Sequence record: MK327931.1 | Direction: 5' to 3' (one strand) | Length of the DNA: 64,000 nucleotides | Origin: Escherichia phage vB_EcoM_G17 | Shown here: piece after piece, positions 10,004-22,123 of the stretch | Numbering within the stretch: position 1 is the first letter of the stretch | Layout: each line of letters begins with the position of its first letter | Program-made: the position numbers and the translations under genes | The notes under the pieces: model-generated | Databases searched by the model: none | What the model was told of the DNA's origin: nothing | Seen by the model: only the letters and a program-made list of their open reading frames with translations

Positions 10004-10310
10004 TGTCCTCCATCTCCCACAAAATTTGAACTGCCACTTCTAATTCGTGGTGAATTTGAAAATAACCATTACTTGCAGTATAGATGTAGCCATTTTTAGT
10101 AATTGCATAACCCCACTTTTTACTTTGAGAATGCATCTCACGTTTCAACCCATAAGGTGATGGTGGCTTCTTGACTGGTTCTGGTTCTCGGTTTTCGTTG
10201 TAAATCTCTTGTTCGATTCGCAACGCTTTATAATATGAGTATACATGAATCAGGCGACAAAGTACAATAGTAATGCAACAAATAATTGTAAATGTTATCA
10301 AGCTCATCAA
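9936..10310 (-). CDS. hypothetical membrane-anchored protein
   Basis: 124-aa ORF with N-terminal TM helix. Confidence 0.45.
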   Translation of the reverse strand: MMSLITFTIICCITIVLCRLIHVYSYYKALRIEQEIYNENREPEPVKKPPSPYGLKREMHSQSKKWGYAITKNGYIYTASNGYFQIHHELEVAVQILWEMEDIGGYERTKFEFISNDPGTSRET

Positions 10311-10726
10311 TTTGCCCTCTGCCTAGATACATATTCATTAATTGCATCTTCCAAATCATACCCTGACATTTTTACATTATCAATTGAAACATGATATTTT
10401 TTCAGCACTTTTTGTCCAGCAGTGTTCTCCCATATAGACCCATCAGGCTCAATATGAACTTTATGGTTCAGGATGAAATCGAACATTTCTTCTTTTGATA
10501 AGTTTGCTTTACGGGTTTCAATGTGATTAGTATTAAGTAATTCACGAGTATGTTTAATGCCATATTCAGTGTGCACACCAACACTACGATGCAAAACTTT
10601 TAACTGCTCGGAAGCAGTCTCTTCATCATAAACATGAATAGTTTCAGTACTATATAAAATATCCTGAATATTACCAGTACTTACTTCTGTCCAAGTGTCT
10701 TTGAAATGAATTTTGATTGTTTTCAT
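10307..10726 (-). CDS. hypothetical protein
   Basis: 139-aa ORF. Confidence 0.5.
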   Translation of the reverse strand: MKTIKIHFKDTWTEVSTGNIQDILYSTETIHVYDEETASEQLKVLHRSVGVHTEYGIKHTRELLNTNHIETRKANLSKEEMFDFILNHKVHIEPDGSIWENTAGQKVLKKYHVSIDNVKMSGYDLEDAINEYVSRQRAN

Positions 10727-10737
10727 GGAAGCTCGTA

Positions 10738-11184
10738 TTAGTTATATGCTGTGAATAGGTCAATGTTTTTATCATCTACACTGATTAATTTACCAGTTGA
10801 ACTAACAAACACAATATTACCACCAGGGGTGATTTGAACACGCTGGTTTACTGAATATTGATCACTAAGGTTATAATTAGCCCATTCAACTACATAACGC
10901 TGTTCAACACCGTTAGTATCATATAGATAAACGTGTGTAACGTCACGCATTTTTAAACGGTCTAACAGTGTAGAGTTGTCCATGAAATCCGATGGTGTAT
11001 TGCTGCGTAATGCAATACCGAACTCACCGATAACAGTACTAATTGTCAGACCGTTTGAAAAACGGCTACAAAGAGTCTTCTCATCAGCAATATGCATCCA
11101 TAAAACATTCTTTACATCAATATCAACAAATTCACAGTTTTCAAAAACCAAACCTACTTTGGAAACTTTACCATTAAATTGCAT
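10738..11184 (-). CDS. hypothetical protein
   Basis: 148-aa ORF. Confidence 0.5.
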   Translation of the reverse strand: MQFNGKVSKVGLVFENCEFVDIDVKNVLWMHIADEKTLCSRFSNGLTISTVIGEFGIALRSNTPSDFMDNSTLLDRLKMRDVTHVYLYDTNGVEQRYVVEWANYNLSDQYSVNQRVQITPGGNIVFVSSTGKLISVDDKNIDLFTAYN

Positions 11185-11629
11185 TAGTAACTCCTATTTT
11201 TTTATATTTTAAAATTAAATCACTCACTGCTTTCATTAGCTTATATGGAATAGCTAACTCTTGAACAGTACTTTCCATAAAATGTTCTTCTTCTGTATCA
11301 TAAAATGTTGAACTACAGTGTTCACAATCATCTATACTATCATAAAAAGAAGACGTAAGTTTATCAACAATGACAGTGATTTGTTTGTCAGTTTTGGTAC
11401 ATCCTACCTGAACGGTTAATCCAATATCATCAGCCTCTACACGAATTATAAACGAATTATTAGTATAGTTCAGCCAACAATCTTCACCAAAGTATACAAC
11501 ACTGTGTTTCTTCTGAAATGAAGTTGCGGTGTTAAGAACACCAATAACAACATCAACTGTTTTTTCATTTAAAATATTAGACATTTTTATTCCTGCTTCG
11601 TATGTTTCGTGAAATCTCAAATATTCCAT
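11174..11629 (-). CDS. EE-x-FFQ C-terminal-motif family paralog
   Basis: C-terminal DTEEEHFMESTVQEL motif shared with about 20 paralogs; annotated start likely too far upstream. Confidence 0.5.
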   Translation of the reverse strand: MEYLRFHETYEAGIKMSNILNEKTVDVVIGVLNTATSFQKKHSVVYFGEDCWLNYTNNSFIIRVEADDIGLTVQVGCTKTDKQITVIVDKLTSSFYDSIDDCEHCSSTFYDTEEEHFMESTVQELAIPYKLMKAVSDLILKYKKIGVTNAI

Positions 11630-11993
11630 TCAACTGCTCAACAGTTAAACCCTGTAAATCGTAAACTGTTGATAGTTGAAAGAACATCTCTGAATCTATA
11701 GTATCATGTTCAATTGGAAGACTCAAGAGGTCTTTATTAATAAAATAATCATATGTTCGAATTGTCAAAGAATCACCAAAGATATCAATGTAAAATTTCG
11801 GAACATTATGTAACGAAACATCTATTAATATGTTTTCAGCATATCTACAAGAAATTTTAGAATTATTTTTATAAGATTGGTATGAAAAATTATAAGGTTC
11901 ATCGACCAATGTGTATGATGAGGTATCACCTTCGGAAAATATTACACCACATTCAATAAGATGTGTTAACGACTTAGGTGGAATTTTTAACAT
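11577..11993 (-). CDS. EE-x-FFQ C-terminal-motif family paralog
   Basis: C-terminal SEMFFQLSTVYDLQGLTVEQL. Confidence 0.55.
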   Translation of the reverse strand: MLKIPPKSLTHLIECGVIFSEGDTSSYTLVDEPYNFSYQSYKNNSKISCRYAENILIDVSLHNVPKFYIDIFGDSLTIRTYDYFINKDLLSLPIEHDTIDSEMFFQLSTVYDLQGLTVEQLNGIFEISRNIRSRNKNV

Positions 11994-11994
11994 T

Positions 11995-12423
11995 TCACTT
12001 CCTATCCTTACTCATATTACTACGGATCACCCCACTAAGAAAACATATTTTCCTTAATGTATCATAACTGATATTTGTAAGATCATGTACAAAATTCAAC
12101 TGCAAGTACATTTCTTCAGTTAATTGATTAAATGTATCATCAACATGAATGTTAGTATGTTCCGTTATATCTATTTCTATATTATTTTCCCAAATATCAA
12201 TGTTAACAGCATAGTCTGATGTATGTCTGGATTGAACTGAAATAAAAATATTATTACTGTTGTATAATGTCTCGGTGTATCCATTCAAAAATGATCCAAC
12301 GACAACATCAAAAATGCCATCTCTAATTGGATTTTTTGTTTCAAACGTATCACTACAAACTTGACGGTATACAATGTCAACATACTTATCAATTAAAGTA
12401 AACAAATAACTCATTGCATTCAC
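11995..12423 (-). CDS. EE-x-FFQ C-terminal-motif family paralog
   Basis: C-terminal TEEMYLQLNFVHDLTNISYDTL. Confidence 0.55.
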   Translation of the reverse strand: MNAMSYLFTLIDKYVDIVYRQVCSDTFETKNPIRDGIFDVVVGSFLNGYTETLYNSNNIFISVQSRHTSDYAVNIDIWENNIEIDITEHTNIHVDDTFNQLTEEMYLQLNFVHDLTNISYDTLRKICFLSGVIRSNMSKDRK

Positions 12424-12431
12424 CTATATAA

Positions 12432-12459
12432 GAAAAAAGGCCGATTCATCGAATCAGCC
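12432..12459 (-). terminator. rho-independent terminator
   Basis: Minus strand GGCTGATTC-GATG-AATCGGCC hairpin followed by T6. Confidence 0.45.
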
Positions 12460-12648
12460 TTAAGTATAACACAGTAGAAGTTAAAAAGTCAACTTCTAAA
12501 TTACAGCATCCAAGAGGAATAAAAAGATACTGTTAGAGGGTAACGAATATAATGAATTTGAGGGTAATATCATTATACGTAAAAAAGTGATAGCTTCTAT
12601 ACATAAGGAGGAATCAGTACTGACTAGAAGCTATCGGGTTAAACGATT

Positions 12649-12933
12649 TCAGTACTGAGTGTTTAGTTTAGGATGAGTATTTCCATCTTCGATTTGTTTT
12701 AGAATCGAGTCACGAATTTCTACTGCCCCTTGATAACTATATTTATCTTTTGGGATCACCCATGTATATTCGCCATCAGTGGTTTTAAAATCAATACATG
12801 GATTATCCCTGTATTCAGATGCAATGATTGCAATAACATGTAATGAATTCAATGAATGATTTGTATAAGGATAATTGTTATTATCTCTGAACGTGAATGT
12901 TTTAAGTTCATCAGGTGCAACAATGAATTCCAT
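12649..12933 (-). CDS. hypothetical protein
   Basis: 94-aa ORF. Confidence 0.45.
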   Translation of the reverse strand: MEFIVAPDELKTFTFRDNNNYPYTNHSLNSLHVIAIIASEYRDNPCIDFKTTDGEYTWVIPKDKYSYQGAVEIRDSILKQIEDGNTHPKLNTQY

Positions 12934-13124
12934 TATTCATCCTCGTACTTCTTGAATGGTGGAACATCTACCTTGAAGTCTTTGCACATCTTAGTTGTAC
13001 GAACTTCAGTATTGTTGTGATAATTTTTCTTAAATTCATAAGAAACATAATTACGAATACCAGGTGTATGAATAATAGCAAGAACCAATGTACGACCAAA
13101 CAAGCATAATAAATTCCAGAACAT
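12933..13124 (-). CDS. hypothetical small membrane protein
   Basis: 63-aa ORF with hydrophobic N-terminus. Confidence 0.35.
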   Translation of the reverse strand: MFWNLLCLFGRTLVLAIIHTPGIRNYVSYEFKKNYHNNTEVRTTKMCKDFKVDVPPFKKYEDE

Positions 13125-13133
13125 ATGAATCTC

Positions 13134-13499
13134 CTAATTGTGGGTTTTAACCAAACGTGAGACAGCTAGTATAGCATTAACCTCATCCAATGTCAACCCA
13201 CCAATGTCATTAATCATTGAGTACTGAAATAGTGATTCTTCAGTGTAATGGTAATCATGAGAAGCAATAAAGATTGCTGGTTTAGAGGCATCCAAAATTA
13301 TCTTTGTCATTGTACTATATATATCAAATTGATATAATAGATTTTCACCTGTATATGCTACGTAGATATTATTTGAATAGGCTGGATGTACCATTGTAAA
13401 ACCATCATAACATAATATTTTTATGTTCGGATCGTCAAAATTGCCTGTATAAAGGTTATTACAAACATCTTGCATTATACGTACTATTAGACTAGTCAT
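13134..13499 (-). CDS. EE-x-FFQ C-terminal-motif family paralog
   Basis: C-terminal TEESLFQYSMINDIGGLTLDEV. Confidence 0.55.
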   Translation of the reverse strand: MTSLIVRIMQDVCNNLYTGNFDDPNIKILCYDGFTMVHPAYSNNIYVAYTGENLLYQFDIYSTMTKIILDASKPAIFIASHDYHYTEESLFQYSMINDIGGLTLDEVNAILAVSRLVKTHN

Positions 13500-13917
13500 T
13501 TAATGGATTTAGTACCTCTTCTGGAATCAACTTTTGAACTTTAAGTATAGCTTTAATGTCCTCAAATGTTAATCCTAATATGTCGTTAAGGAGGCAGTAC
13601 TGGAAGAATTTTTCTTCAGTATCAATATCGTTAACATTCAATTCAATTGATTCATCATCATAATCATAATCTTCATTATCACATTCATAACTTCTGAATA
13701 TAACTTTTTCAAAATACACATCAAATGAATAAAAATGATTATTGAATTCATAACCAAGAAAAATATTAAAACATTTACTCAAATCTGTGGTTTGATTCAA
13801 ATCTGGATCATAGCAAAATACTCTAACTTCACCAATATCTTCTAATTGTACATCATGCAGTGACCATGCGTTGTTTTTTAATACATAGTTCACCATTTTA
13901 ACAATGTTGTATGTCAT
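13492..13917 (-). CDS. EE-x-FFQ C-terminal-motif family paralog
   Basis: C-terminal TEEKFFQYCLLNDILGLTFEDI. Confidence 0.55.
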   Translation of the reverse strand: MTYNIVKMVNYVLKNNAWSLHDVQLEDIGEVRVFCYDPDLNQTTDLSKCFNIFLGYEFNNHFYSFDVYFEKVIFRSYECDNEDYDYDDESIELNVNDIDTEEKFFQYCLLNDILGLTFEDIKAILKVQKLIPEEVLNPLND

Positions 13918-13923
13918 AGTGTA

Positions 13924-14013
<90 letters not shown>

Positions 14014-14025
14014 AGAAGTAAGATA

Positions 14026-14126
<101 letters not shown>

Positions 14127-14178
14127 GCCAAGAGTCGGCATAGGTGCAGCACTACAAAGTTCTTCAAGCTGCTTGGTA

Positions 14179-14210
<32 letters not shown>

Positions 14211-14211
14211 T

Positions 14212-14268
<57 letters not shown>

Positions 14269-14270
14269 TA

Positions 14271-14398
<128 letters not shown>

Positions 14399-14417
14399 GC
14401 ATACTCGAAGTACCTCT

Positions 14418-14455
<38 letters not shown>

Positions 14456-14456
14456 A

Positions 14457-14821
<365 letters not shown>

Positions 14822-14830
14822 TAATACCCG

Positions 14831-15232
14831 CTAGTAGTTTAAGTCTGCGGCGTTGAATACACCAAGTGAAGTCTTACCACGTAGTTTAGGTGAAAGGACA
14901 TACTTTGTCAATTTCTTTTTACCGTACCAGCGATTGAATTCGTCTTCAGTGACATATGGGTTCTGGAAATCGTATTCGCGTTTCTTATGCAGTTCTTTAG
15001 CACGTTCTGCAATCTTGGTTCGTTGGTCTTCTGGAATGTCGAATGTATTGTTACGTTCACACCATTCGTGCTCTAATGCACCCTGAAGAAACTGTTCGGT
15101 TTCTTTGACTAGAGTGATTTTAGTCAAGCCTTTTTCGATGTTCATATAATCATCGACGTATCCATTCCAAATAACAATCTCTGGATTGCCGTCAATTTCT
15201 TGAAGCATTTTGATCAAGTCATTCTTTTTCAT
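14831..15232 (-). CDS. hypothetical protein
   Basis: 133-aa ORF. Confidence 0.5.
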   Translation of the reverse strand: MKKNDLIKMLQEIDGNPEIVIWNGYVDDYMNIEKGLTKITLVKETEQFLQGALEHEWCERNNTFDIPEDQRTKIAERAKELHKKREYDFQNPYVTEDEFNRWYGKKKLTKYVLSPKLRGKTSLGVFNAADLNY

Positions 15233-15240
15233 TTAAATTC

Positions 15241-15498
<258 letters not shown>

Positions 15499-15519
15499 TT
15501 ATACCTCTCATTGTTTATG

Positions 15520-15591
<72 letters not shown>

Positions 15592-15595
15592 TAAT

Positions 15596-16203
<608 letters not shown>

Positions 16204-16254
16204 ATAAACCTCACTATACGTAACTTACACCATATACGTCTGATTGTGGAATTC

Positions 16255-16279
16255 ATTATATCAGTACTGAACTATTTAG

Positions 16280-16283
<4 letters not shown>
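16255..16283 (-). promoter_or_regulatory. sigma-70-type promoter copy B (TTGACT-N17-TATAAT)
   Basis: Consensus -10, near-consensus -35, conserved 17-nt spacer; upstream of gene 15820..16203. Confidence 0.6.
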
Positions 16284-16693
<410 letters not shown>

Positions 16694-16702
16694 CTTTTTT
16701 TT

Positions 16703-16864
<162 letters not shown>

Positions 16865-16868
<4 letters not shown>

Positions 16869-17029
16869 AATCGTACCAGTAGTTCAATTAAGTACATTTC
16901 ATATGCTGGATCGTTGATAAGTTTATCATACAGATGTGGCTCTGAAATGAATTCCCAATGATACTTTAGCCATCTACCGATACCCGAATATCTAAAATTA
17001 ATGTCATTCATCCATTCTTCATGTGTCAT
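16865..17029 (-). CDS. MTHEEWM-family small protein (54 aa)
   Basis: Manual translation MTHEEWMNDINFRYSGIGRWLKYHWEFISEPHLYDKLINDPAYEMYLIELLVRL; tandem with next copy. Confidence 0.5.
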
Positions 17030-17190
17030 AATCGTACCATTATTTCAATAAAGAACCACGGATACACTTCATGATTCATAAGTTTATCGTATTCTGCTGG
17101 GTCTGATATGATTTCCCAATGATACTTTAGCCAACTACCGATACCCGAATATCTAAAATTAATGTCATTCATCCATTCTTCATGCGTCAT
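17026..17190 (-). CDS. MTHEEWM-family small protein (54 aa)
   Basis: Manual translation MTHEEWMNDINFRYSGIGSWLKYHWEIISDPAEYDKLMNHEVYPWFFIEIMVRL; about 75 percent identical to previous copy. Confidence 0.5.
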   Translation of the reverse strand: MTHEEWMNDINFRYSGIGSWLKYHWEIISDPAEYDKLMNHEVYPWFFIEIMVRL

Positions 17191-17213
17191 GGTTTTTAAC
17201 CTTTAATTAAAAT

Positions 17214-17290
17214 TGGCCGAGGTAGAGGGACTTGAACCCCCAACCTAGAGATTAGAATTCTCTTGCACTATCCAATTGTGCTATACCCCG
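17214..17290 (-). tRNA. tRNA-Arg (anticodon UCU)
   Basis: Acceptor CGGGGTA/TACCTCG plus G-CCA, D-arm GCACAATTGGATAGTGC, anticodon stem AGAGA/TCTCT with loop AUUCUAA, T-arm GGGGG-TTCAAGT-CCCTC. Confidence 0.7.
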
Positions 17291-17294
17291 TATT

Positions 17295-17410
<116 letters not shown>

Positions 17411-17443
17411 ATGTTATGTCCCATTATATAATGAATTAATGAT

Positions 17444-17770
17444 TTATGCAAGTGCTTTAGATACACCGACACCAATAATTCCAGTGATATCGATATGGAT
17501 ATTGGCAAGTTGATTACTATCATATGGGTTTGTTTCTGTAATAACCAATGTTGTATCATTGACTAAAACCACAGTACCTTTTACACGATAACCATGTAGT
17601 AGTACTTGAACCTCATCTTCAGGTTTTAATGATTGAATAACTTCAAATAAAGTTGTTTCCATTTTTTGTATTCCTTGTTTAGTTTTGATTATTTGACTTT
17701 CTAAATGCCAGTTCGCATATAAACCAGGGTTTTCTGGTATCCAAAACATATGACCTGAAAAGATTTTCAT
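17444..17770 (-). CDS. hypothetical protein (start uncertain)
   Basis: 108-aa ORF; 5' end overlaps 17679..17879 so an internal Met is the likely start. Confidence 0.4.
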   Translation of the reverse strand: MKIFSGHMFWIPENPGLYANWHLESQIIKTKQGIQKMETTLFEVIQSLKPEDEVQVLLHGYRVKGTVVLVNDTTLVITETNPYDSNQLANIHIDITGIIGVGVSKALA

Positions 17771-17862
17771 CTCTTAATATATCATAATGTACCTGACGAA
17801 TGCCATTCCCAAAGCAGTCATGTTCTTTATGCTGTTTGGACATCCATTCTTCGTGTGTCATT

Positions 17863-17879
<17 letters not shown>
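17679..17879 (-). CDS. MTHEEWM-family small protein
   Basis: Contains MTHEEWMSKQ...WFICELAFRK aligning with other family members. Confidence 0.5.
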
Positions 17880-18198
<319 letters not shown>

Positions 18199-18203
18199 TC
18201 TTA

Positions 18204-18398
18204 CTATTTTTTATCTCTAATAGCAAGCTCGTAGATGAACCAGTGGTTGGAATCTTCGTCCAAAACCAATGATTCGAACGTTTTTTTATCGTTCAAAACA
18301 TCATAATGGCCTTGGCGTATACCAAATCCAAAATGATCATGTTTATATTTTAGTGACTCTATCCATTCTTCATGTGTCATTTTATGTATCCAGTTCAA
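18204..18398 (-). CDS. MTHEEWM-family small protein
   Basis: MNWIHKMTHEEWIESLKYKHDHFGFGIRQGHYDVL...WFIYELAIRDKK. Confidence 0.5.
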   Translation of the reverse strand: MNWIHKMTHEEWIESLKYKHDHFGFGIRQGHYDVLNDKKTFESLVLDEDSNHWFIYELAIRDKK

Positions 18399-18458
18399 TT
18401 AAGTGTTTCATTTATTCTTCTGTAAAGAAAGCATTGCAATGGACAATGGAAAAGGTTA

Positions 18459-18638
18459 TTATATTTTTTTGTCTCTAACCGCAAGCTCATAGATGAACCA
18501 ACGATTTCCATTCTCATCTAGTACATATGATTCGAACTTATATTTGTCTCGTAAAATATCGAAATGACCATCAATAAATCCATTTCCAAACTGGTCATAA
18601 CGTTTTTTCATCATTGCCATCCATTCTTCATGTGTCAT
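18459..18638 (-). CDS. MTHEEWM-family small protein (59 aa)
   Basis: Manual translation MTHEEWMAMMKKRYDQFGNGFIDGHFDILRDKYKFESYVLDENGNRWFIYELAVRDKKI. Confidence 0.5.
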   Translation of the reverse strand: MTHEEWMAMMKKRYDQFGNGFIDGHFDILRDKYKFESYVLDENGNRWFIYELAVRDKKI

Positions 18639-18820
18639 CTCTTAATATCCATAACGGCTATACTAAAATATGTACCAAAATCATCACAATTGATAATGTT
18701 GTTATAGTACTCAATTGGGTTACGCAATGATATATACAATTCAAGCTTAAAATAGTATATATCTGCTGCATTTATATTATAGTGTAGATTAAACCACTCA
18801 TCAAATGTCTTAGGCTGCAT
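18635..18820 (-). CDS. hypothetical protein
   Basis: 61-aa ORF. Confidence 0.35.
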   Translation of the reverse strand: MQPKTFDEWFNLHYNINAADIYYFKLELYISLRNPIEYYNNIINCDDFGTYFSIAVMDIKR

Positions 18821-19214
18821 TATATTTATCTTTATAAAAATCCATGATTTTAGTCAACAGTACTGCAATCGTATAATCTAAATCAGGATAAAGTAAATTG
18901 TACTGAAATTCTTCCTCAACACTATAGTTAGTGGTACAGTACTGGTAATCTTTATAACCTATTGAAAAATAATTCGGATACAATGTACAACGAAAGCGAT
19001 AAGCTTCATCTGTCATATAATCATTGTATTCAACACAGAAGTATAGTGATTTTGAATTTAATTCGATAAGCTCAACGAATCCATCAGGTAATGAATGGTT
19101 ATAAATTACTGAATCTTCATTAAACCATTCATAGTATTTTTCCAAAAAATCACTAATGGATACATCCAGACTTTGTATAGGTGGAGTTATGATAATTTGA
19201 ACTTCTTTATTCAT
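18810..19214 (-). CDS. EE-x-FFQ C-terminal-motif family paralog (divergent)
   Basis: C-terminal SVEEEFQYNLLYPDLDYTIAVLL. Confidence 0.5.
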   Translation of the reverse strand: MNKEVQIIITPPIQSLDVSISDFLEKYYEWFNEDSVIYNHSLPDGFVELIELNSKSLYFCVEYNDYMTDEAYRFRCTLYPNYFSIGYKDYQYCTTNYSVEEEFQYNLLYPDLDYTIAVLLTKIMDFYKDKYNAA

Positions 19215-19714
19215 TTCGACCCCTTACTATATTTCACGTATGGGTTATCATACAGATCATAACTTTTTTGTGCACGTTCTTTTCGGCGTTCATACATGAT
19301 TCTATCATACTCTTTAGCTTTCTGATTTGCTTCATTATACAATTTTAAAATTAGCAAAAATGCATCAAGATCGGGATAGTTTGCCGGATTGATAGTACTC
19401 AGCATAAATCGTTCTTCTTCAGTTCTAGCTAAGTCAAATTCATACTTAATAGTTTTATACCCACTCCATTTATATATATGCGTTACTTTATTAGTAAGTA
19501 CATTATATTCAACGAAGTCAGTACTACCATCAAGTACACGAGTAATCTTAATAGATGTACCAATGACAATCTGCACAGAACTCATTTCTGAAGTTTTAAA
19601 GTAATAAATGTTATTACGGCGAAGATTAACTTCTCGATCTCCAATGCGAACATGCTTAATAACTTCCATTAATGGTTCTGGGACACCACGAATCGGCATG
19701 TTAGTATTCCTCAA
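19211..19714 (-). CDS. EE-x-FFQ C-terminal-motif family paralog (divergent)
   Basis: ARTEEERFMLSTINPANYPDLDAFLL. Confidence 0.5.
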   Translation of the reverse strand: MRNTNMPIRGVPEPLMEVIKHVRIGDREVNLRRNNIYYFKTSEMSSVQIVIGTSIKITRVLDGSTDFVEYNVLTNKVTHIYKWSGYKTIKYEFDLARTEEERFMLSTINPANYPDLDAFLLILKLYNEANQKAKEYDRIMYERRKERAQKSYDLYDNPYVKYSKGSK

Positions 19715-20270
19715 TAACGGTTAGGAATCTATCCCAACCAGTATAAGTGAAATGATCAAAGTATTGTTTTTCGCCACCTACCATATATACTTCAATTAAA
19801 CCGTGGTCGAAATAATTTTTTGGTTTTTTAACTTCAGTTACGATTGCTTTATGTCTGAAACCATTATAATCAGTATATGTTACAATATCGTGAATTTTGA
19901 TATTATCAGGTGTATAAGTGTTGGCGTTATTATTGAGAACATGAAGATGATGGTCTACGATTTCTTTACTGGAAATTACTCCAAATATGTTACCAGAAAA
20001 TACTTTATTACCATTACAGGTCAATGCCCAGCCATCACCAACTTCAATAGATTCAAATACATAATGTGTGCAAATTTTAGATACATCTGACGTATCCCAG
20101 TAATCACCATCAAGATTGGTGAATTTATAAACAGTTTTGAGTTTTTCGCCATCAAATGAAAGCAATGATACTCCGATAACAACCGTTCCGTCTTTAAGAA
20201 TAATATTAAATTTATTATTTGTATTAAAATATGCTTCTGACTCATATGTGTTGAATTTAATAAAGTTCAT
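19701..20270 (-). CDS. hypothetical protein
   Basis: 189-aa ORF. Confidence 0.5.
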   Translation of the reverse strand: MNFIKFNTYESEAYFNTNNKFNIILKDGTVVIGVSLLSFDGEKLKTVYKFTNLDGDYWDTSDVSKICTHYVFESIEVGDGWALTCNGNKVFSGNIFGVISSKEIVDHHLHVLNNNANTYTPDNIKIHDIVTYTDYNGFRHKAIVTEVKKPKNYFDHGLIEVYMVGGEKQYFDHFTYTGWDRFLTVIEEY

Positions 20271-20317
20271 ATGTTCTCCTTAGTAAGTCATAGTATTATA
20301 TCAGAGTTTCATTGCAC

Positions 20318-20710
20318 TTACCAGCATGTTTTCATAACTTCTGTGATGTAAATCATTTTATCTTTAAGTTCGTGAGGGATGCAAATTTCACCTGGGTTTA
20401 ACGTTGTGTTCTTTTGAAACTCATCTTCTTCGGAATCAGCCAGGTAAAATGGGTGTGTCACAAAGGTATCATCAACTGTACGCTTATTTGGTTTCATTAA
20501 TGCATCATGATTTATAAAATAATAGGCATCAATATCAGGACGGTAATACAAACAATCAACCTTGAAGTTCGGGTGTAACCATAAAGACAACGAATAGGTC
20601 ATTTGGTTACCAATTTGTCTTGGTCCAGTAGTAATTGTATTGATGTTATTTTTATCTTGCACCATTTCATAAATGAAATCTATCATTTCGTGTAGTTCTG
20701 ATTCAGTCAT
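20318..20710 (-). CDS. EE-x-FFQ C-terminal-motif family paralog (divergent)
   Basis: ADSEEDEFQKNTTLNPGEICIPHEL. Confidence 0.5.
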   Translation of the reverse strand: MTESELHEMIDFIYEMVQDKNNINTITTGPRQIGNQMTYSLSLWLHPNFKVDCLYYRPDIDAYYFINHDALMKPNKRTVDDTFVTHPFYLADSEEDEFQKNTTLNPGEICIPHELKDKMIYITEVMKTCW

Positions 20711-20720
20711 TTTATTTCCT

Positions 20721-20751
20721 TAAAAAAATACCCAGTACTTGACTGGGTATT
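20721..20751 (-). terminator. rho-independent terminator
   Basis: Minus strand AATACCCAGT-CAAG-TACTGGGTATT hairpin followed by T7. Confidence 0.5.
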
Positions 20752-20764
20752 TACAAAGTAACGT

Positions 20765-20914
20765 TTAATCAGATTTCTTTTCGTAATCTGTAAAAACAGT
20801 CAGGATTGTTGCACATAGTGAATCAACTACTGATGCACGTGTGTTATCAAGGTCTTTAGCTAGTGCTTGAATCTCTTGAAGTTTTACTACTAAGTCGATT
20901 TTTTGATTACTCAT
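20765..20914 (-). CDS. hypothetical small protein (49 aa)
   Basis: Manual ORF MSNQKIDLVVKLQEIQALAKDL... preceded by AGGAG RBS and followed by a terminator. Confidence 0.4.
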   Translation of the reverse strand: MSNQKIDLVVKLQEIQALAKDLDNTRASVVDSLCATILTVFTDYEKKSD

Positions 20915-20936
20915 TACTTCTCCTATTGGATGTTTT

Positions 20937-21227
20937 TTAGATATTAATTTTTATACCACTAAGGTCTAGAACTTTTTTATTAGATACTGTTTCTGATTCT
21001 AATTTAGTTTCTTTTACCTCAGTGTTAATATTTACGTCATCTTTGAGAATATCAGGGATAATACCATGTTGAATATCATCGTACATAGAAACAACGGTTT
21101 CGGCACAAGATAACATTTCACGAACTTTGTACTGATAACCCTGTGGTAACTCATTGATGATTTCCATAATATCTAGTAATTTAGTTTGGACATCAATAAG
21201 AATTTTTCTTGATTTTTCTGGTTCCAT
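20937..21227 (-). CDS. hypothetical protein
   Basis: 96-aa ORF. Confidence 0.45.
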   Translation of the reverse strand: MEPEKSRKILIDVQTKLLDIMEIINELPQGYQYKVREMLSCAETVVSMYDDIQHGIIPDILKDDVNINTEVKETKLESETVSNKKVLDLSGIKINI

Positions 21228-21733
21228 TACTCCAACTCCACAACATTACTTTTTTTGGATTTAATCACTGATGGTGGCTCATTAACGCTTGTTTGACCAC
21301 GAAGTGATTTTTCCAACGCAATGATGCGTTTTAAAGTTTTTATTGATGGTCGCTTCTTCGTCAACTCAGCTTTTGCTTCTGAATAATATTTTCTTACATA
21401 TCCATAGGCATAATATTTTGAACCAATGAAAATTTCAGCAACTACTGGATTTGAGTATTGTGTATCAATTCCATCTAGATCCGTGTCTACCGAGTAGAAT
21501 GAAATATTTGTATCACATGCTGAAATTTTAGCCACCAAAAGATTTGCATCGAACTTATCTAAAATTAGAGAAATTGTTTTTTCGGCATCAGCACTATATG
21601 GCATAGCAGACATTAAAAGTTGGAATGTCTTAAAGTACTTACTTCCACTAATCATGGTATTGAAAATCAATCCAATGGTGATTAATGCAAGTGTACCAAT
21701 ACACACAAACAAAAACCAATATTCAACACTCAT
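21227..21733 (-). CDS. hypothetical membrane-anchored protein
   Basis: 168-aa ORF with N-terminal TM helix FLFVCIGTLALITIGLIF. Confidence 0.5.
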   Translation of the reverse strand: MSVEYWFLFVCIGTLALITIGLIFNTMISGSKYFKTFQLLMSAMPYSADAEKTISLILDKFDANLLVAKISACDTNISFYSVDTDLDGIDTQYSNPVVAEIFIGSKYYAYGYVRKYYSEAKAELTKKRPSIKTLKRIIALEKSLRGQTSVNEPPSVIKSKKSNVVELE

Positions 21734-21798
21734 TTATAAATCCTCTTACTTTATATGATTAAAATGCCCCATCAAAAATGATGAGGCGGTAAGATAAA

Positions 21799-22008
21799 TT
21801 ACTTACGATTTGCTTTACGCAGTTCAGATAGTTCTTCTTGAAGACTTTTCTTCCATGCAATCAAGTGAGCAAAACGGATTGGCCTTGCACCAGTACCGTG
21901 GAATACTGCTAGAGCTTCTTCTGCTTGATGAATCTGGAATTGAATGTAGTTCACAGTGCGGTCGAAGTCGGTGATATCTAGTACTTGTGCGTTAGTTTCT
22001 TTAGCCAT
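21799..22008 (-). CDS. hypothetical protein
   Basis: 69-aa ORF. Confidence 0.4.
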   Translation of the reverse strand: MAKETNAQVLDITDFDRTVNYIQFQIHQAEEALAVFHGTGARPIRFAHLIAWKKSLQEELSELRKANRK

Positions 22009-22123
22009 TTTAATACCCTTTTATTTCTTTTTTATGAAAAACCCTCATCATTGAGGAATGGTTTGCATTTTAATATCTGCCGATAACAAACATTATATCA
22101 CAATATCTGTTCTTGTCCAATTT

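Noticed and set aside
12436-12462. Possible tRNA at the GGCCGATTC...GAATCAGCC hairpin
   Set aside because: Only a single stem-loop followed by a T-run; no acceptor, D or T arms, so called as a terminator.
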